A DNA stretch of 64,000 nucleotides from Candidatus Bathyarchaeota archaeon (lineage in GTDB: Archaea > Thermoproteota > Bathyarchaeia > Bathyarchaeales > Bathycorpusculaceae), in contig CAWGYA010000008.1 in assembly GCA_963826715.1 (NCBI GenBank), positions 1,184,001 to 1,248,000 of the forward strand, in the 5' to 3' direction. A program made the translations under genes and the position numbers. This document shows positions 11,292-21,639 of the stretch, piece by piece (positions within the stretch are counted from its first letter, which is position 1; each line of letters opens with the position of its first letter). The notes under the pieces are model-generated. The model had not been told where the DNA came from. It did not search any database and worked only from the letters and a program-made list of their open reading frames with translations.

Positions 11292-12314
11292 ATGGAAACC
11301 CAAGTTGACGACATAGGAAGCTTCCCCCTGCCGACTGGAGTAACAAGAGATGAATATGCTCATGCCTACGAGCAGGCGCGCGAGCTAATAGGGAAGGGTG
11401 AGGACCCCTTTAAAGACGAGTTTGTTGAGAAAACCTTCTGTAATACTGTTGTGAGTTCTTTTAAGGTTAAACTTGCATGTGGTGTGGATGTTCCTAACTT
11501 TCCGCAGCACTTTAGCGGAATGAGACAAATAGGCGATCTTATTCACAGCGCTATGGAGAAAGGCTCCTTTGTTGTTGACCAAGACAAGGCGTTTCTCCCC
11601 GAAGTCTACGTTTTAAAACATGAGGCTAAACGCCTATCTGAAGAATTGGGCAGAAAAATACTATTACGTGTCTCCCTTTTTGGTCCCATTGAACAGTACC
11701 TAAACGAAGTCGGTGCCACAGCATATCCCGATGTGCTCGATGGGTTTGCAAAAACTATTAACCGTTTTGCCAAAAACAGTGTTTTAAACAGCAAATATAT
11801 CGAGACTAAAGTAGTGTCAATCGATGAACCCAGTCTTGGGCATAGCTCTTTTACAGGTACACCAGAGCAGTTAAGGGAAACCCTTGAACAAACCTATGAT
11901 TTTGTTGTTCCAACAAAACAAATTCATCTACACTTCGTTTCGAGCATTTATGACTTGTTGCCGGTGAATGGTTTGGATGTTCTCTCATTCGAATACGCAG
12001 CTTCTCCCAAAAATATTGATGCTGTATCAAAAACCATGCTAGAAGGTGCAGATAAACAAATACGAGTGGGTATTGCCCGCACTGATATAGACGCAATCTG
12101 GGCTGAACAATATGAAAAGGGAAATGTTCAGCCATCAAGCGAGCAACTTGTGGAGTCAGAGGATGTGATGAGGAAGCGTTACTTGTTTGCAAAAGAAAAG
12201 TATGGTGAGCGGATGACGTTTACAGGTCCTGATTGCGGTTTAGGAAGTTGGCCCAGTCAAGACGCGGCAGCACTGGTTTTGAAGCGCTCTGTTGAAGCAA
12301 CCAAAAAATCCTAA
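11292..12314 (+). CDS. Core (single-barrel) methionine synthase, folate-independent MetE-like
   Basis: DDIGSFPLP start, SIDEP, HLH, SFE and GPDCGL Zn-site motifs; 340 aa with no folate-binding half. Confidence 0.75.
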   Translation: METQVDDIGSFPLPTGVTRDEYAHAYEQARELIGKGEDPFKDEFVEKTFCNTVVSSFKVKLACGVDVPNFPQHFSGMRQIGDLIHSAMEKGSFVVDQDKAFLPEVYVLKHEAKRLSEELGRKILLRVSLFGPIEQYLNEVGATAYPDVLDGFAKTINRFAKNSVLNSKYIETKVVSIDEPSLGHSSFTGTPEQLRETLEQTYDFVVPTKQIHLHFVSSIYDLLPVNGLDVLSFEYAASPKNIDAVSKTMLEGADKQIRVGIARTDIDAIWAEQYEKGNVQPSSEQLVESEDVMRKRYLFAKEKYGERMTFTGPDCGLGSWPSQDAAALVLKRSVEATKKS

Positions 12315-12322
12315 AGGTATTT

Positions 12323-13954
12323 TTAGTCTTTTTGTTCGGCAATCCAAGTCATTAACTCTTCAGACAACTCATCTCTTTCAGTGACCACTTCGATTAGAGT
12401 GTAGCACTGTTGTTTTTGAGCATCTTGCAGAGCAAGGTAAAGTTGCTCGCAACTTTCACATCGATAGCCTTTGCCGCCCCAAAGCTCCGCCAGTTGTGCA
12501 TAAGGCCAATCTACCAGCTCGTTAAAATGGGCCGAGGGATAGAACAGTTGTTCCATGCCCCAGCGTCGATTATTAATGACAATGAATATTGGGTTTATTT
12601 TATATCGGAGGCAGTGGCAGATTTCTTGTCCCGTCATCTGAAAGCAACCATCTCCAACTATAACCAACGGACGTTTATGGGTTGAAAGGGCATATCCGAT
12701 AGATGCTGGAACTGCAAATCCCATTGTTCCATAGAAGGAAGGCGCTAGAACGGTGGAAGTTTTTATGTTGATGGAGGCAAAGAGCGAGTCGCCGGTGTCC
12801 GTGATTAATGGCATCTCGCCGTATTTATCAAAGAGCCAGTTTACTGAATCAATGACTTCTCCTATCACAATTGGTGAGGGAATTAACTTACAAGTTCGAT
12901 TTACTTTCAATGGTGCTTTTGTTGGAAAAACCCAATCTTTCCTTTTCAATATAGCATTATCAAGTTTATCAATCAACGCTGCAAGAGGTACATTCGGAAT
13001 AACATGTCCATCCCAGTTAACTTCCCGGTTAAAGCACCAGATGATTTCGCCTTTTTTGGTAGCAGCTAAGGTAGCTCCCAAATTTACATCCGAGAGCATT
13101 TCACCCAAAATCAAAATTAAATCAGATTTAGCCACAAGTTTCTTTGCTGCAGGGTTACCAGCAACGCCTAAATATAGCCCAAAATAGTTGGGGTCATCTA
13201 TTGGGGGTAGGTGATCACGTGATAGCATAGTTGAAACGACTGGGATGTTTAGCTTTTTTGAAAGCTTGAATATTTGCGGCTTGAGATTAAAGCGGTCGGA
13301 TTCAACGCCTATCATGAATACAGGTTTTTCGGCTGCTTCTATTCTCTTGCATATTACTTCAGTAGCTTGTTTTAGGTTCTCTGTGTCATTAGGTAAAGTC
13401 GAATATGAAACCTTGTTAAGCTCGATTTTTTGATTACCTATGTCGGATGGCAGCTCAATGTAAACAGGTAGCATGGTTTCTTTGCAGACCGCTAAGGCTT
13501 GAGTGATTTTTGTTGCCGCTGATTTGGGGTCATCTATGAGCGCAGCTTGGGCAGTAATTTGTCCAATGGCCTCAAACAGGGAACCACAGCTTTTGATAGT
13601 GTGGTGTAAAAAGAAATCGTTTGAGCGGGCACTCATAGGTGGACCGCCTGCAACCACTACGAGAGGTGTTCTCTCTGCGTAGGCACATGCCACAGCATTG
13701 AGCATATTCAAAACACCTGGACCATAAGTTACCACTGCAATCGAAGGTTTTCTTAATGCTCTCGCCTCTGCCACTGCAGCAAAGCCAACACCTTGTTCAT
13801 GGGAAAAAGTGCAAAGCTCCAATCCTGAATCGTCTTCTATAAGTTTGAAAAATTTTATTACAAAATCGCCGGGAATCCCATAAACGCGGCTAACGCCCAA
13901 ACTTTTTAACTGCGAAAGAAGATATTCCCCGACGGTTATGGAATTTTCCAACAT
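12323..13954 (-). CDS. ipdC: ThDP-dependent 2-oxoacid (indolepyruvate/phenylpyruvate-type) decarboxylase
   Basis: GIPGDF, HEQG, LHH, GTMGFAVP and GDG...NN ThDP motif. Confidence 0.75.
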   Translation of the reverse strand: MLENSITVGEYLLSQLKSLGVSRVYGIPGDFVIKFFKLIEDDSGLELCTFSHEQGVGFAAVAEARALRKPSIAVVTYGPGVLNMLNAVACAYAERTPLVVVAGGPPMSARSNDFFLHHTIKSCGSLFEAIGQITAQAALIDDPKSAATKITQALAVCKETMLPVYIELPSDIGNQKIELNKVSYSTLPNDTENLKQATEVICKRIEAAEKPVFMIGVESDRFNLKPQIFKLSKKLNIPVVSTMLSRDHLPPIDDPNYFGLYLGVAGNPAAKKLVAKSDLILILGEMLSDVNLGATLAATKKGEIIWCFNREVNWDGHVIPNVPLAALIDKLDNAILKRKDWVFPTKAPLKVNRTCKLIPSPIVIGEVIDSVNWLFDKYGEMPLITDTGDSLFASINIKTSTVLAPSFYGTMGFAVPASIGYALSTHKRPLVIVGDGCFQMTGQEICHCLRYKINPIFIVINNRRWGMEQLFYPSAHFNELVDWPYAQLAELWGGKGYRCESCEQLYLALQDAQKQQCYTLIEVVTERDELSEELMTWIAEQKD

Positions 13955-14044
13955 AACTATGTCATTAGATTTTTGTTCAGCGCTGATTTAAAGTTTGACC
14001 AAAAAATAGGGGGGAATAGTTAAGAGTTAATCCGTTTGGCAGGG

Positions 14045-14908
14045 TTATTCTTCAGGTTCCTCAGGCTGAGAGACTTCAGGTTTTGGCACGCTTTTCTTTA
14101 CGGCTTTCTCAGCGGGATGCCCTTTTGGTAACTCTTTAAATCCATATGTTCCGATTGGCGGCCAACCTGCTTCGGGCATTGAGGCGGGAACAAGCATTAT
14201 TGTGTTTGTCCCTGCTTGTTGTCCTAACTCATAGAGGATGTTCATCCATCTAAGCCGAAGCCCCTCATTGCTGCTCTCATAGTTTTTGGCAGCTTCAATC
14301 ATCTTTTGTGAAGCTTCAAACTCTGCAGTTGCTAGTGTAACTCGTGCAATACGTTCTCGTTCTGCTTGCGCTTGGCGACTCATTGCATCTTGCAGACTGC
14401 CAGGGATGATGACGTCACGAACTTCCACGGCGGTGGCTTTGATTCCCCATGCCTCGGTTTTTTCGTCGATAATTTCCCGGAGGTGCGCGCCGACTTTTTC
14501 GCGTTCAGCGAGTAAGTCGTTGAGGCTTACTTTACCGATGACTTCTCGGAGTGTAGTCTGTGCTGCTAGCTGGGTTGCTTGGTAGTAGTTTTCTACTTGG
14601 AGAACTGCCTTTTCTAGGTCTACGGGTTTCATGTACATTACTGAGTCAACATTTACGGGGACATTGTCTTTAGTGAGAGTGGATTCGGTGCGGAATTGGA
14701 TGGTGTCTATTCGAGTTGAGATTCTGATGGGTGATCGGTCAATTAGAGGAACAAGATATGCTACGCCTGGTCCTCTTAAACCGATATATCGCCCCAGGCG
14801 TAGTACAGGCATACGTTCCCATTCTTTGAGTACACGGATTCCGCTTAAGAAGAAAATTGCAACTAAAACAGCTACAAATGCTAAAATTGGAGTCAATAAA
14901 TCAACCAT
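14045..14908 (-). CDS. SPFH/stomatin (slipin) protein
   Basis: RLGR...GPG, TKDNVPV, AQTTLR, QAQAERERIA. Confidence 0.92.
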   Translation of the reverse strand: MVDLLTPILAFVAVLVAIFFLSGIRVLKEWERMPVLRLGRYIGLRGPGVAYLVPLIDRSPIRISTRIDTIQFRTESTLTKDNVPVNVDSVMYMKPVDLEKAVLQVENYYQATQLAAQTTLREVIGKVSLNDLLAEREKVGAHLREIIDEKTEAWGIKATAVEVRDVIIPGSLQDAMSRQAQAERERIARVTLATAEFEASQKMIEAAKNYESSNEGLRLRWMNILYELGQQAGTNTIMLVPASMPEAGWPPIGTYGFKELPKGHPAEKAVKKSVPKPEVSQPEEPEE

Positions 14909-14948
14909 TTAGTCTAACCCTCAAATAGATAGTCTATTCTTTAGAGAG

Positions 14949-15341
14949 TTAAGCTTTTTGTTCGGTTGATTTAACTAATAGGAACATGCCTTCCATTCCT
15001 GTGACTTCAACTTCTGTTCCAGCAGCTATGATGTCACCTTTGGTCTTGGCTTGCCAGAATTCTCCTAAAACCCTTACTTCCCCTGTTGGAGAAATTTCAT
15101 TTGTTACAACTCCTTGGGCGCCAATTAAGGCTTCTTTGCCTGTTTTAATGCGCCTAAACTGTGCTTTAATACCTGTATAGAATAGCCACGCTACAATCCC
15201 CGCCACAACCAAGAGCACAATTCCCACGGCGATTGCTGTCTCGAAGGTTATTCCTAACGCAATGCCTAAGCTGGCACTTATGATAAGGGTGCCTGCGACA
15301 ACGACCAATATTCCCGCAACAAGACCGAGCCATGTGTGCAT
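14949..15341 (-). CDS. Short NfeD-family protein (TM + OB fold)
   Basis: TGKEALIG, GEVRVLGEFWQA; canonical neighbour of SPFH. Confidence 0.85.
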   Translation of the reverse strand: MHTWLGLVAGILVVVAGTLIISASLGIALGITFETAIAVGIVLLVVAGIVAWLFYTGIKAQFRRIKTGKEALIGAQGVVTNEISPTGEVRVLGEFWQAKTKGDIIAAGTEVEVTGMEGMFLLVKSTEQKA

Positions 15342-15467
15342 CCAAAGCCCTCGTCAATTGATAGGTTGATTTTACTTATAAATTATCTTAGAAACATATC
15401 CAAGGTGATAATGCAATCCAAAAGTCCAATGCTAAATATTCGAGAAAAAAAAGAAGTTGATTTTGGT

Positions 15468-15611
15468 TTAGTTCCATCGTTTATCTAAAAATAATCGTGG
15501 CGATGAGTCGTTTACACTGCTAAATTGAGGTACGATCGAAGGTCGTTTGCGTAGCGGTGGAGCTGGCATCGGGGCAGGTGGGTCAATCTCCAAAGGTATT
15601 TTGTTTATCAA
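15468..15611 (-). CDS. Putative 47-aa Pro-rich peptide (not in ORF track)
   Basis: TTG start overlaps the HtrA stop (TTGA); MINKIPLEIDPPAPMPAPPLRKRPSIVPQFSSVNDSSPRLFLDKRWN. Confidence 0.35.
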   Translation of the reverse strand: MINKIPLEIDPPAPMPAPPLRKRPSIVPQFSSVNDSSPRLFLDKRWN

Positions 15612-16567
15612 TCTTCTTCGTCTCCATGGGTGACTGGGATTATCGTTGTTTCGATGAGGGTTTCTCTTCGGATGATTTTTACTTTGATTGGTTTACCTAT
15701 AACATCATCAGCCAGTAACCTTGGTAGGTCATAGAAATCGGTGACGGGTTTGTCGTTGAACTTCACCAGGACATCACCCATGGCTAAGCCTGCTTTGCGT
15801 GATGGGGAACCTGCTTCGACGCTGAAAATCATTACTCCCGTTTCCTGCTCCAAGCCCGCGGTCTCTGTGATTTCTTCTGGGATGGCGACGGTATTGGCGA
15901 CTATGCCTAAGTAGCCTTTCTCTGCGTGCCTGCCAGTCATGAGTCGGTCAGCGATGCTTTTAACTTTGTTTACTGGTATTGCAATGCCACGTTGCCAAAC
16001 ATAGGCTGTGTTTATTCCGATGAGTTTTCCTTCTACGTCAACGAGTGGTCCACCGCTAAAGCCTGGATTGAGTTGCGCGTCGGTTGCGATGACACTTTCC
16101 ATTGCTGTGGCGCCCCGCCAACCTCGAATGGTACTGTTTACACTTGTGATCATGCCGCTGGTGGCGGTTGGTTGACTTCTGTTAAACGGATTTGCGAGAG
16201 CTAAAGCGTACTGACCAACGGATAGTTTTTCAGAATCCGCTGTACCAATGGGTGTGAATTCTCCTCCCTCTGCTTTGAGGAGAGCTATATCGTTGTAGGG
16301 GTCAGTGCCTACGATTTTAGCGTTTGAGGTTTTTTCGCCTTGACCGATTTTGACGCTACCGCATCCTGCAAGTACATGGTTGCATGTGACTATGTATCCA
16401 TCGCGGGTAAGGACGACGCCTGTGCCTCTTGACATCTGCGCTTTTATGCTTACTACAGATTTCGAGGTTTTCTTTATTAAAGCGCTAGTTGCTTCTGAAA
16501 GTGATTTGAGGACTTCTACGGAATTTACTAGTTGAGACATATTTTTCACTGAAAAACAATACATCAA
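15608..16567 (-). CDS. HtrA/DegP-like serine protease with PDZ domain (start probably 16540, MSQLV)
   Basis: TCNHV, DIALL, NPGFSGGPL catalytic triad; C-terminal PDZ; no signal peptide. Confidence 0.9.
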   Translation of the reverse strand: MMYCFSVKNMSQLVNSVEVLKSLSEATSALIKKTSKSVVSIKAQMSRGTGVVLTRDGYIVTCNHVLAGCGSVKIGQGEKTSNAKIVGTDPYNDIALLKAEGGEFTPIGTADSEKLSVGQYALALANPFNRSQPTATSGMITSVNSTIRGWRGATAMESVIATDAQLNPGFSGGPLVDVEGKLIGINTAYVWQRGIAIPVNKVKSIADRLMTGRHAEKGYLGIVANTVAIPEEITETAGLEQETGVMIFSVEAGSPSRKAGLAMGDVLVKFNDKPVTDFYDLPRLLADDVIGKPIKVKIIRRETLIETTIIPVTHGDEED

Positions 16568-16689
16568 AAGGATATTTGTTGACTAAGGATACTGCAAAGT
16601 TAGTCACAAACTCTTGTTTTTAAGTTTACCTTGCACTCGGGTTAACTAAAGTAAAAAAAGGTATTAGCTGATCTTTTGGATAAATAGGT

Positions 16690-17775
16690 TTAACTTAATA
16701 CAGATTCAACGTTCAAGTTAAGTACAACCTCTGAGATGTCGGCTGCGTACTCTCCGATCCGACGAATACTCTCAATGATCAACCGTAAATAAACGATTTC
16801 TTCTACCTTAGCGTTGGGCAAGTGCAGCACTGCTTCTTTTTCAATCTTGTGTGCTTGGCTCAGCTTTTCAATCACCGATTCAGCTATGTTAAAATCATGC
16901 TTAAAGAGTGCCTCCATAGAGCTTTCAAACATTGAATTCGCTAAAGTACTGAGGTCACTGATTTTCTCAAGAAGTTTCTCCTCTACGGGCTCCTTAAGAA
17001 GAAGAGTATTCTCGGCAATTTTAGTAGCATGGTCAGCAGTGCGCTCAACTGCTTTGGCAATTAAGCGGTAGCCCAGGCACTCTTTTTGATTGCCCAACCC
17101 GATTTCCTTAACAACTCTTTGATTAGAGACTGCTAGCTTCAAAAGTCGGACTATATAAAGTCCGAATCGGTTGACTTCGCGATCAGTTTCAATTACTCCT
17201 TTGGCGCTGCTATAATCAAGTTTTCTAAGTGCCGCGAGGGTTTCTTTATGCATAGATGAGCCAATAATGGACATACGGCTTAGTGCGTTTTGGACAGTGA
17301 GTTCAGGGTAGTTAAGCAGAACCTGCAGGGTTAGTTCGGTGGGTGTGTCAATAACAATTTCTGTGCCAACTAAATAATGGCGGGCGAAATGTTTAAGGTA
17401 ATTGCGAAGTTTTGATGATAGAACCCTTTGTCCTTGTGCGCGGATGCGTAAAATGTTATAACCGTTTAGGTATGCCGAGATGGCGGTTCGCATAATACTA
17501 TCAGGGTTATCGGTTAAACCGACTTTGATGAAAGCTTCATCTTTTTTTCCTTTTTTAAGAAAACTTGATGGCGCTATTGATAGAGAGCCATCGTCTTCTT
17601 CTCGAACCAGCATACTACTTCCACGTTTCAACTCGTTCTTAGTTGCCCATTCTTTTGGGATAGATATAATGAAGGTTGAGCCGCCTGTTACCTGTAGTTT
17701 ACGTTGTTCCTCGTTTAGTTTTTGGGACTCTTTAGTCAACGTTGACTCCAAGTTATTGTTATAGCCTATTTTCAT
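16690..17775 (-). CDS. Archaeal phosphate-uptake regulator (AbrB DNA-binding + PhoU domains)
   Basis: RKLQVTGGSTFIISIPKEW (AbrB); ERTADH and RRIGEY (PhoU repeats); divergent from pstS. Confidence 0.9.
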   Translation of the reverse strand: MKIGYNNNLESTLTKESQKLNEEQRKLQVTGGSTFIISIPKEWATKNELKRGSSMLVREEDDGSLSIAPSSFLKKGKKDEAFIKVGLTDNPDSIMRTAISAYLNGYNILRIRAQGQRVLSSKLRNYLKHFARHYLVGTEIVIDTPTELTLQVLLNYPELTVQNALSRMSIIGSSMHKETLAALRKLDYSSAKGVIETDREVNRFGLYIVRLLKLAVSNQRVVKEIGLGNQKECLGYRLIAKAVERTADHATKIAENTLLLKEPVEEKLLEKISDLSTLANSMFESSMEALFKHDFNIAESVIEKLSQAHKIEKEAVLHLPNAKVEEIVYLRLIIESIRRIGEYAADISEVVLNLNVESVLS

Positions 17776-17871
17776 TATATTAGTTATATCTATATAGACT
17801 ATAAATTTTATGGAGATTTACTATATAACAGATCAACCTTGCATATTAAATCAAATAGAGGAAGAAAAAAT

Positions 17872-18975
17872 ATGAATACTAAATATACAATAATAATTGC
17901 AATAGTTGCAATAGCCATAATCGCAGGTTCAGTAATTGCATACACTTACCTTTCATCCCCATCAGCAGAAGCTATGGTGTTAATCAATGGATCAGGCGCA
18001 ACCTTTCCGCAACCCTTCCTAAGTTCCGCAATCAATGAATATTCCACAATAAAACCTAACGTGCAAATCAACTATCAAGGTGGAGGAAGCGGCAAAGGTG
18101 TCAGTGACCTGACAAACAAGGTTGTCGACTTCGCATGCTCCGATGCGCCATTATCTGATTCACAGAGATCTGCAGCAGCCAACGTAGTTCACATCCCAGA
18201 AACAATCGGCGCAATCACCGTGGCCTACAATCTACCAGGAATTGACACCGGTCTCAAACTAACTGGTCCAATAATAGCTGACATCTTTTTAGGGACCATA
18301 ACTTCATGGAACGACCCAGCAATCACAGCAATAAACACTGGTGTGACACTACCCAACCATCAGATAGCGGTTGTCCACCGATCAGATGGTTCTGGAACAA
18401 CCAACTGGTTCACAAAATATCTCTCAATAGTAAGTGACACTTGGAAGAGTGAGGTTGGAGCTAACACTACAGTTCAGTGGCCGGTTGGAACAGGTCAAAG
18501 CGGCAACTCTGCAGTTGCAGCAACAGTCACCTCAACAAACTATGCAATCGGCTACATTGAACTAGCTTATGCTCTACAAAATTCTGTTCCAGTTGCAGCA
18601 ATCCAAAACCCTGCAGGCAACTATATTCTTCCATCACTTGAATCTACAACCGCAGCAGCACAGTCTTTGCCAACTCCACTTCCAACTGGAAGTGAAAGTT
18701 GGTCAAACGTTGCCATACTCAACACAAATGGCGACAATGCATACCCAATTGTTACCCCAACCTACATGCTCGTCTACAAAGACCTCAGCTCAGTTACAGA
18801 CATGACTATAGAGAAAGCAACAGCAATCGTTCAATACATCTGGTATGTGGTACATGACGGTCAGCAACTCGCCCCCCATCTAGAATATGCCGCACTGCCC
18901 ACGAATCTAGTTCAAATCAACGAAGCAACATTGAACTCTATAACTTTCAACGGCCAAGCTATTCCCACACACTAA
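17872..18975 (+). CDS. pstS: Phosphate ABC transporter substrate-binding protein
   Basis: GSGATFP, YQGGGSGKG, DFACSD, HRSDGSGTT, GYIE; ATG at 17872 preferred over TTG at 17839. Confidence 0.95.
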   Translation: MNTKYTIIIAIVAIAIIAGSVIAYTYLSSPSAEAMVLINGSGATFPQPFLSSAINEYSTIKPNVQINYQGGGSGKGVSDLTNKVVDFACSDAPLSDSQRSAAANVVHIPETIGAITVAYNLPGIDTGLKLTGPIIADIFLGTITSWNDPAITAINTGVTLPNHQIAVVHRSDGSGTTNWFTKYLSIVSDTWKSEVGANTTVQWPVGTGQSGNSAVAATVTSTNYAIGYIELAYALQNSVPVAAIQNPAGNYILPSLESTTAAAQSLPTPLPTGSESWSNVAILNTNGDNAYPIVTPTYMLVYKDLSSVTDMTIEKATAIVQYIWYVVHDGQQLAPHLEYAALPTNLVQINEATLNSITFNGQAIPTH

Positions 18976-19049
18976 ATCAAGATGAGGTATTGGCTATTTT
19001 CTCCCTTAATTTTTTTTTCCTTAGTAATTTTTAATTCGGACAGATTAGC

Positions 19050-19982
19050 ATGAATAAGCTAACCGGCGATAATATCTTTAAAATCTTGGTTGCAGTAATC
19101 GCAGCCTCAGCCGGTGTTATCTTCATACTCAATACGTACATCCTTGTTACTGGTTCATCTGAAGCTTTAGGCACATTAAAATTCGGCTTTATTTTCGGGG
19201 TAAACTGGAATCCTGGAATAGCTTCTTTTGGCGTAATGCCCTACATCCTTGGAACATTAATCACTTCAGGTCTTGCCTTGCTGATAGGTGTACCCCTAAG
19301 TTTAGGTATAGCAATCTTCATTGTTGAAATGGCTCCTCGCGCCGTAAGGATTCCCTTCTCATATCTTGTGGAAATGCTTGCAGCCGTTCCCAGCGTAATA
19401 TACGGTCTTTGGGGTCTGTTTGTTCTTCGATTCTTTGTTTTAAATTACATTGAGATACCACTAAACACGTATTTGGGATGGATTCCTATTTTCAGCGGAA
19501 CCCCATTTGGCTTAGATTACTTCACTGCAGGATTAATTCTGTCCATAATGATTATTCCAACAGTGGCTTCTGTCTCCAGAGAAGTAATCAGCGCCGTCCC
19601 AGATTCAATTAGAGAAGGCGCTTACAGTATCGGGGCAACAAAATGGGAAGTTATACGTCACTGGGTTATTAGTTACGGGCGCTCCGGCATTTTTGGAGCA
19701 ATAATTCTCGGTTTAGGAAGAGCCGTGGGCGAAACTATGGCAGTTACCATGGTTATAGGTAATGCGACAGGTCCACGAGCTATGCCAGTTTCACTTTTTC
19801 AGCCAGGTCAAACTTTACCGTCGTTGATCGCCAACGGGTTTTTTGATTCCCAATCACCACTTGAGGGCTCAGCATATATAGGAGCGGGATTGGTTTTGCT
19901 TTTAATTAGCTTACTCATAAACGTCATAGCTCATGTTATGGTTACTCGGGTTCTGAAAGTTAAAGGGGGCGCAGTAGAGTAA
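19050..19982 (+). CDS. pstC: Phosphate ABC transporter permease
   Basis: LAAVPSVIYGLWG, GRAVGETMAV. Confidence 0.95.
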   Translation: MNKLTGDNIFKILVAVIAASAGVIFILNTYILVTGSSEALGTLKFGFIFGVNWNPGIASFGVMPYILGTLITSGLALLIGVPLSLGIAIFIVEMAPRAVRIPFSYLVEMLAAVPSVIYGLWGLFVLRFFVLNYIEIPLNTYLGWIPIFSGTPFGLDYFTAGLILSIMIIPTVASVSREVISAVPDSIREGAYSIGATKWEVIRHWVISYGRSGIFGAIILGLGRAVGETMAVTMVIGNATGPRAMPVSLFQPGQTLPSLIANGFFDSQSPLEGSAYIGAGLVLLLISLLINVIAHVMVTRVLKVKGGAVE

Positions 19983-20854
19983 TGCTGAGCAGAATATTAC
20001 ATAAACTAAAACTTGATAACTACCACTTCCGCAAATTCAAGAACAAACTCTTCTATTTGATATGCCTCCTTTGCGTACTTATTGCAATAGTTCCGTTGCT
20101 TAGCATCCTCTTTGAAGTAATAGTGCGAGGTGCCCCTGTCGTAAACCTGAAATTTTTAACAGGAAACTACTTACAAGGCGGTATAGGACCTGCTATTCAG
20201 GGATCCCTAATTCTAATCAGTTTAACAAGTCTTATTGGAATCCCACTTGGAATATTATCAGGAGTATATCTGGCTGAGTACGGAAATAACAAATATGCTT
20301 CTTGGATGCGAACCATAAACGATGTATTAACAGAGTTTCCTTCCATTATAGTGGGTATCACAGCTTATAGTTTAATCGTCGTAGGGTTTATCCGCATGGG
20401 GTTCTCTCCCATCGCTGGAGCAGTCGCGCTTTCTTTCATGTTGATACCAATTGTAGCAAGAACAACTGAAGAATCACTTAAACTGGTTCCAAACAGTGTA
20501 CGAGAAGCCTCTATGGCATTGGGTGTGCATAGATGGCGCACAATTCTAAGTGTTGTATTGCCCTCGGCAAAAGGTGGCTTAATCACAGGCACTCTTCTCG
20601 CCGTAGCAAGAATAGCAGGGGAGACCGCTCCTATTCTACTCACAATCTTGGGAAGCAGCTTCTTCTTCCAAGGGCTAAGTGAGCCAATGGATGCTTTGCC
20701 TCTTAGAATTTTCCTCAATTCTCGGTTGCCCTCAGCAGAAATGCAATCTCAAGCTTGGGGTGCATCTCTAATATTGATCTTAATAGTTTTAGCTCTTAAC
20801 ATAGGCGTCAGATTAGCTAGCAGAAGTCGATATGGCGGCGGAGTTAAAAGGTGA
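19982..20854 (+). CDS. pstA: Phosphate ABC transporter permease
   Basis: YLAEY, PSIIVG, ARIAGETAP. Confidence 0.95.
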   Translation: MLSRILHKLKLDNYHFRKFKNKLFYLICLLCVLIAIVPLLSILFEVIVRGAPVVNLKFLTGNYLQGGIGPAIQGSLILISLTSLIGIPLGILSGVYLAEYGNNKYASWMRTINDVLTEFPSIIVGITAYSLIVVGFIRMGFSPIAGAVALSFMLIPIVARTTEESLKLVPNSVREASMALGVHRWRTILSVVLPSAKGGLITGTLLAVARIAGETAPILLTILGSSFFFQGLSEPMDALPLRIFLNSRLPSAEMQSQAWGASLILILIVLALNIGVRLASRSRYGGGVKR

Positions 20855-20859
20855 TATAA

Positions 20860-21627
20860 ATGGATTTAGAAAATGTGAAAATGCAAAGTGTAAATTTGAA
20901 TGCTTGGTTTGGATCAAAGCAAGCACTAAAAGACATAAACATATCGATAAAAGCAAATGCTGTCACAGCAATAATTGGGCCTTCAGGGTGTGGAAAATCG
21001 ACATTCATCCGTACCCTAAACAGAATGCATGAATTAGTGCCCACCGCAAAGATTTCAGGACAGATTATCCTCGACGGTGAAAATATATATGAAACAAACG
21101 TCGACCCAGTTATGATTAGGCGACGTGTCGGTATGGTTTTCCAAAAACCAAACCCTTTCCCAACTATGTCAATTTATGACAACGTCGCCGCCGGTCTAAA
21201 ATTAACCGGCGCCAGGAAAGGAAAGAACCTGGATGAAGTAGTCAAACATAGTTTAGAGCGCGCGACACTCTGGGAAGAAGTGAAAGAAGATTTAAAAAAA
21301 CCCGGCACTAGCATATCCGGTGGACAACAGCAAAGACTTTGCATCGCCCGCGCAATTGCCTTACAGCCCGAAGTTATCTTGATGGATGAGCCCACTTCAG
21401 CTTTAGATCCAATTGCCTCTGCCAAAATTGAAAGGTTAGTGGTCGAGCTTAAACGCGACTACACAGTTGCGATTGTCACACATAACATGCAGCAGGCTTC
21501 ACGTGTTTCGGATTACACAGCCTTTATGTATTTGGGGTCTCTCATCGAGTTTGGGCCAACCAAAGATATCTTTGAGTCTCCCAAAAATCGGTTAACAGAG
21601 AAATACATTACAGGAGAATTCGGTTAG
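20860..21627 (+). CDS. pstB: Phosphate ABC transporter ATPase
   Basis: [40 protein letters not shown]. Confidence 0.97.
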   Translation: MDLENVKMQSVNLNAWFGSKQALKDINISIKANAVTAIIGPSGCGKSTFIRTLNRMHELVPTAKISGQIILDGENIYETNVDPVMIRRRVGMVFQKPNPFPTMSIYDNVAAGLKLTGARKGKNLDEVVKHSLERATLWEEVKEDLKKPGTSISGGQQQRLCIARAIALQPEVILMDEPTSALDPIASAKIERLVVELKRDYTVAIVTHNMQQASRVSDYTAFMYLGSLIEFGPTKDIFESPKNRLTEKYITGEFG

Positions 21628-21639
21628 GGAGTACTAGTT

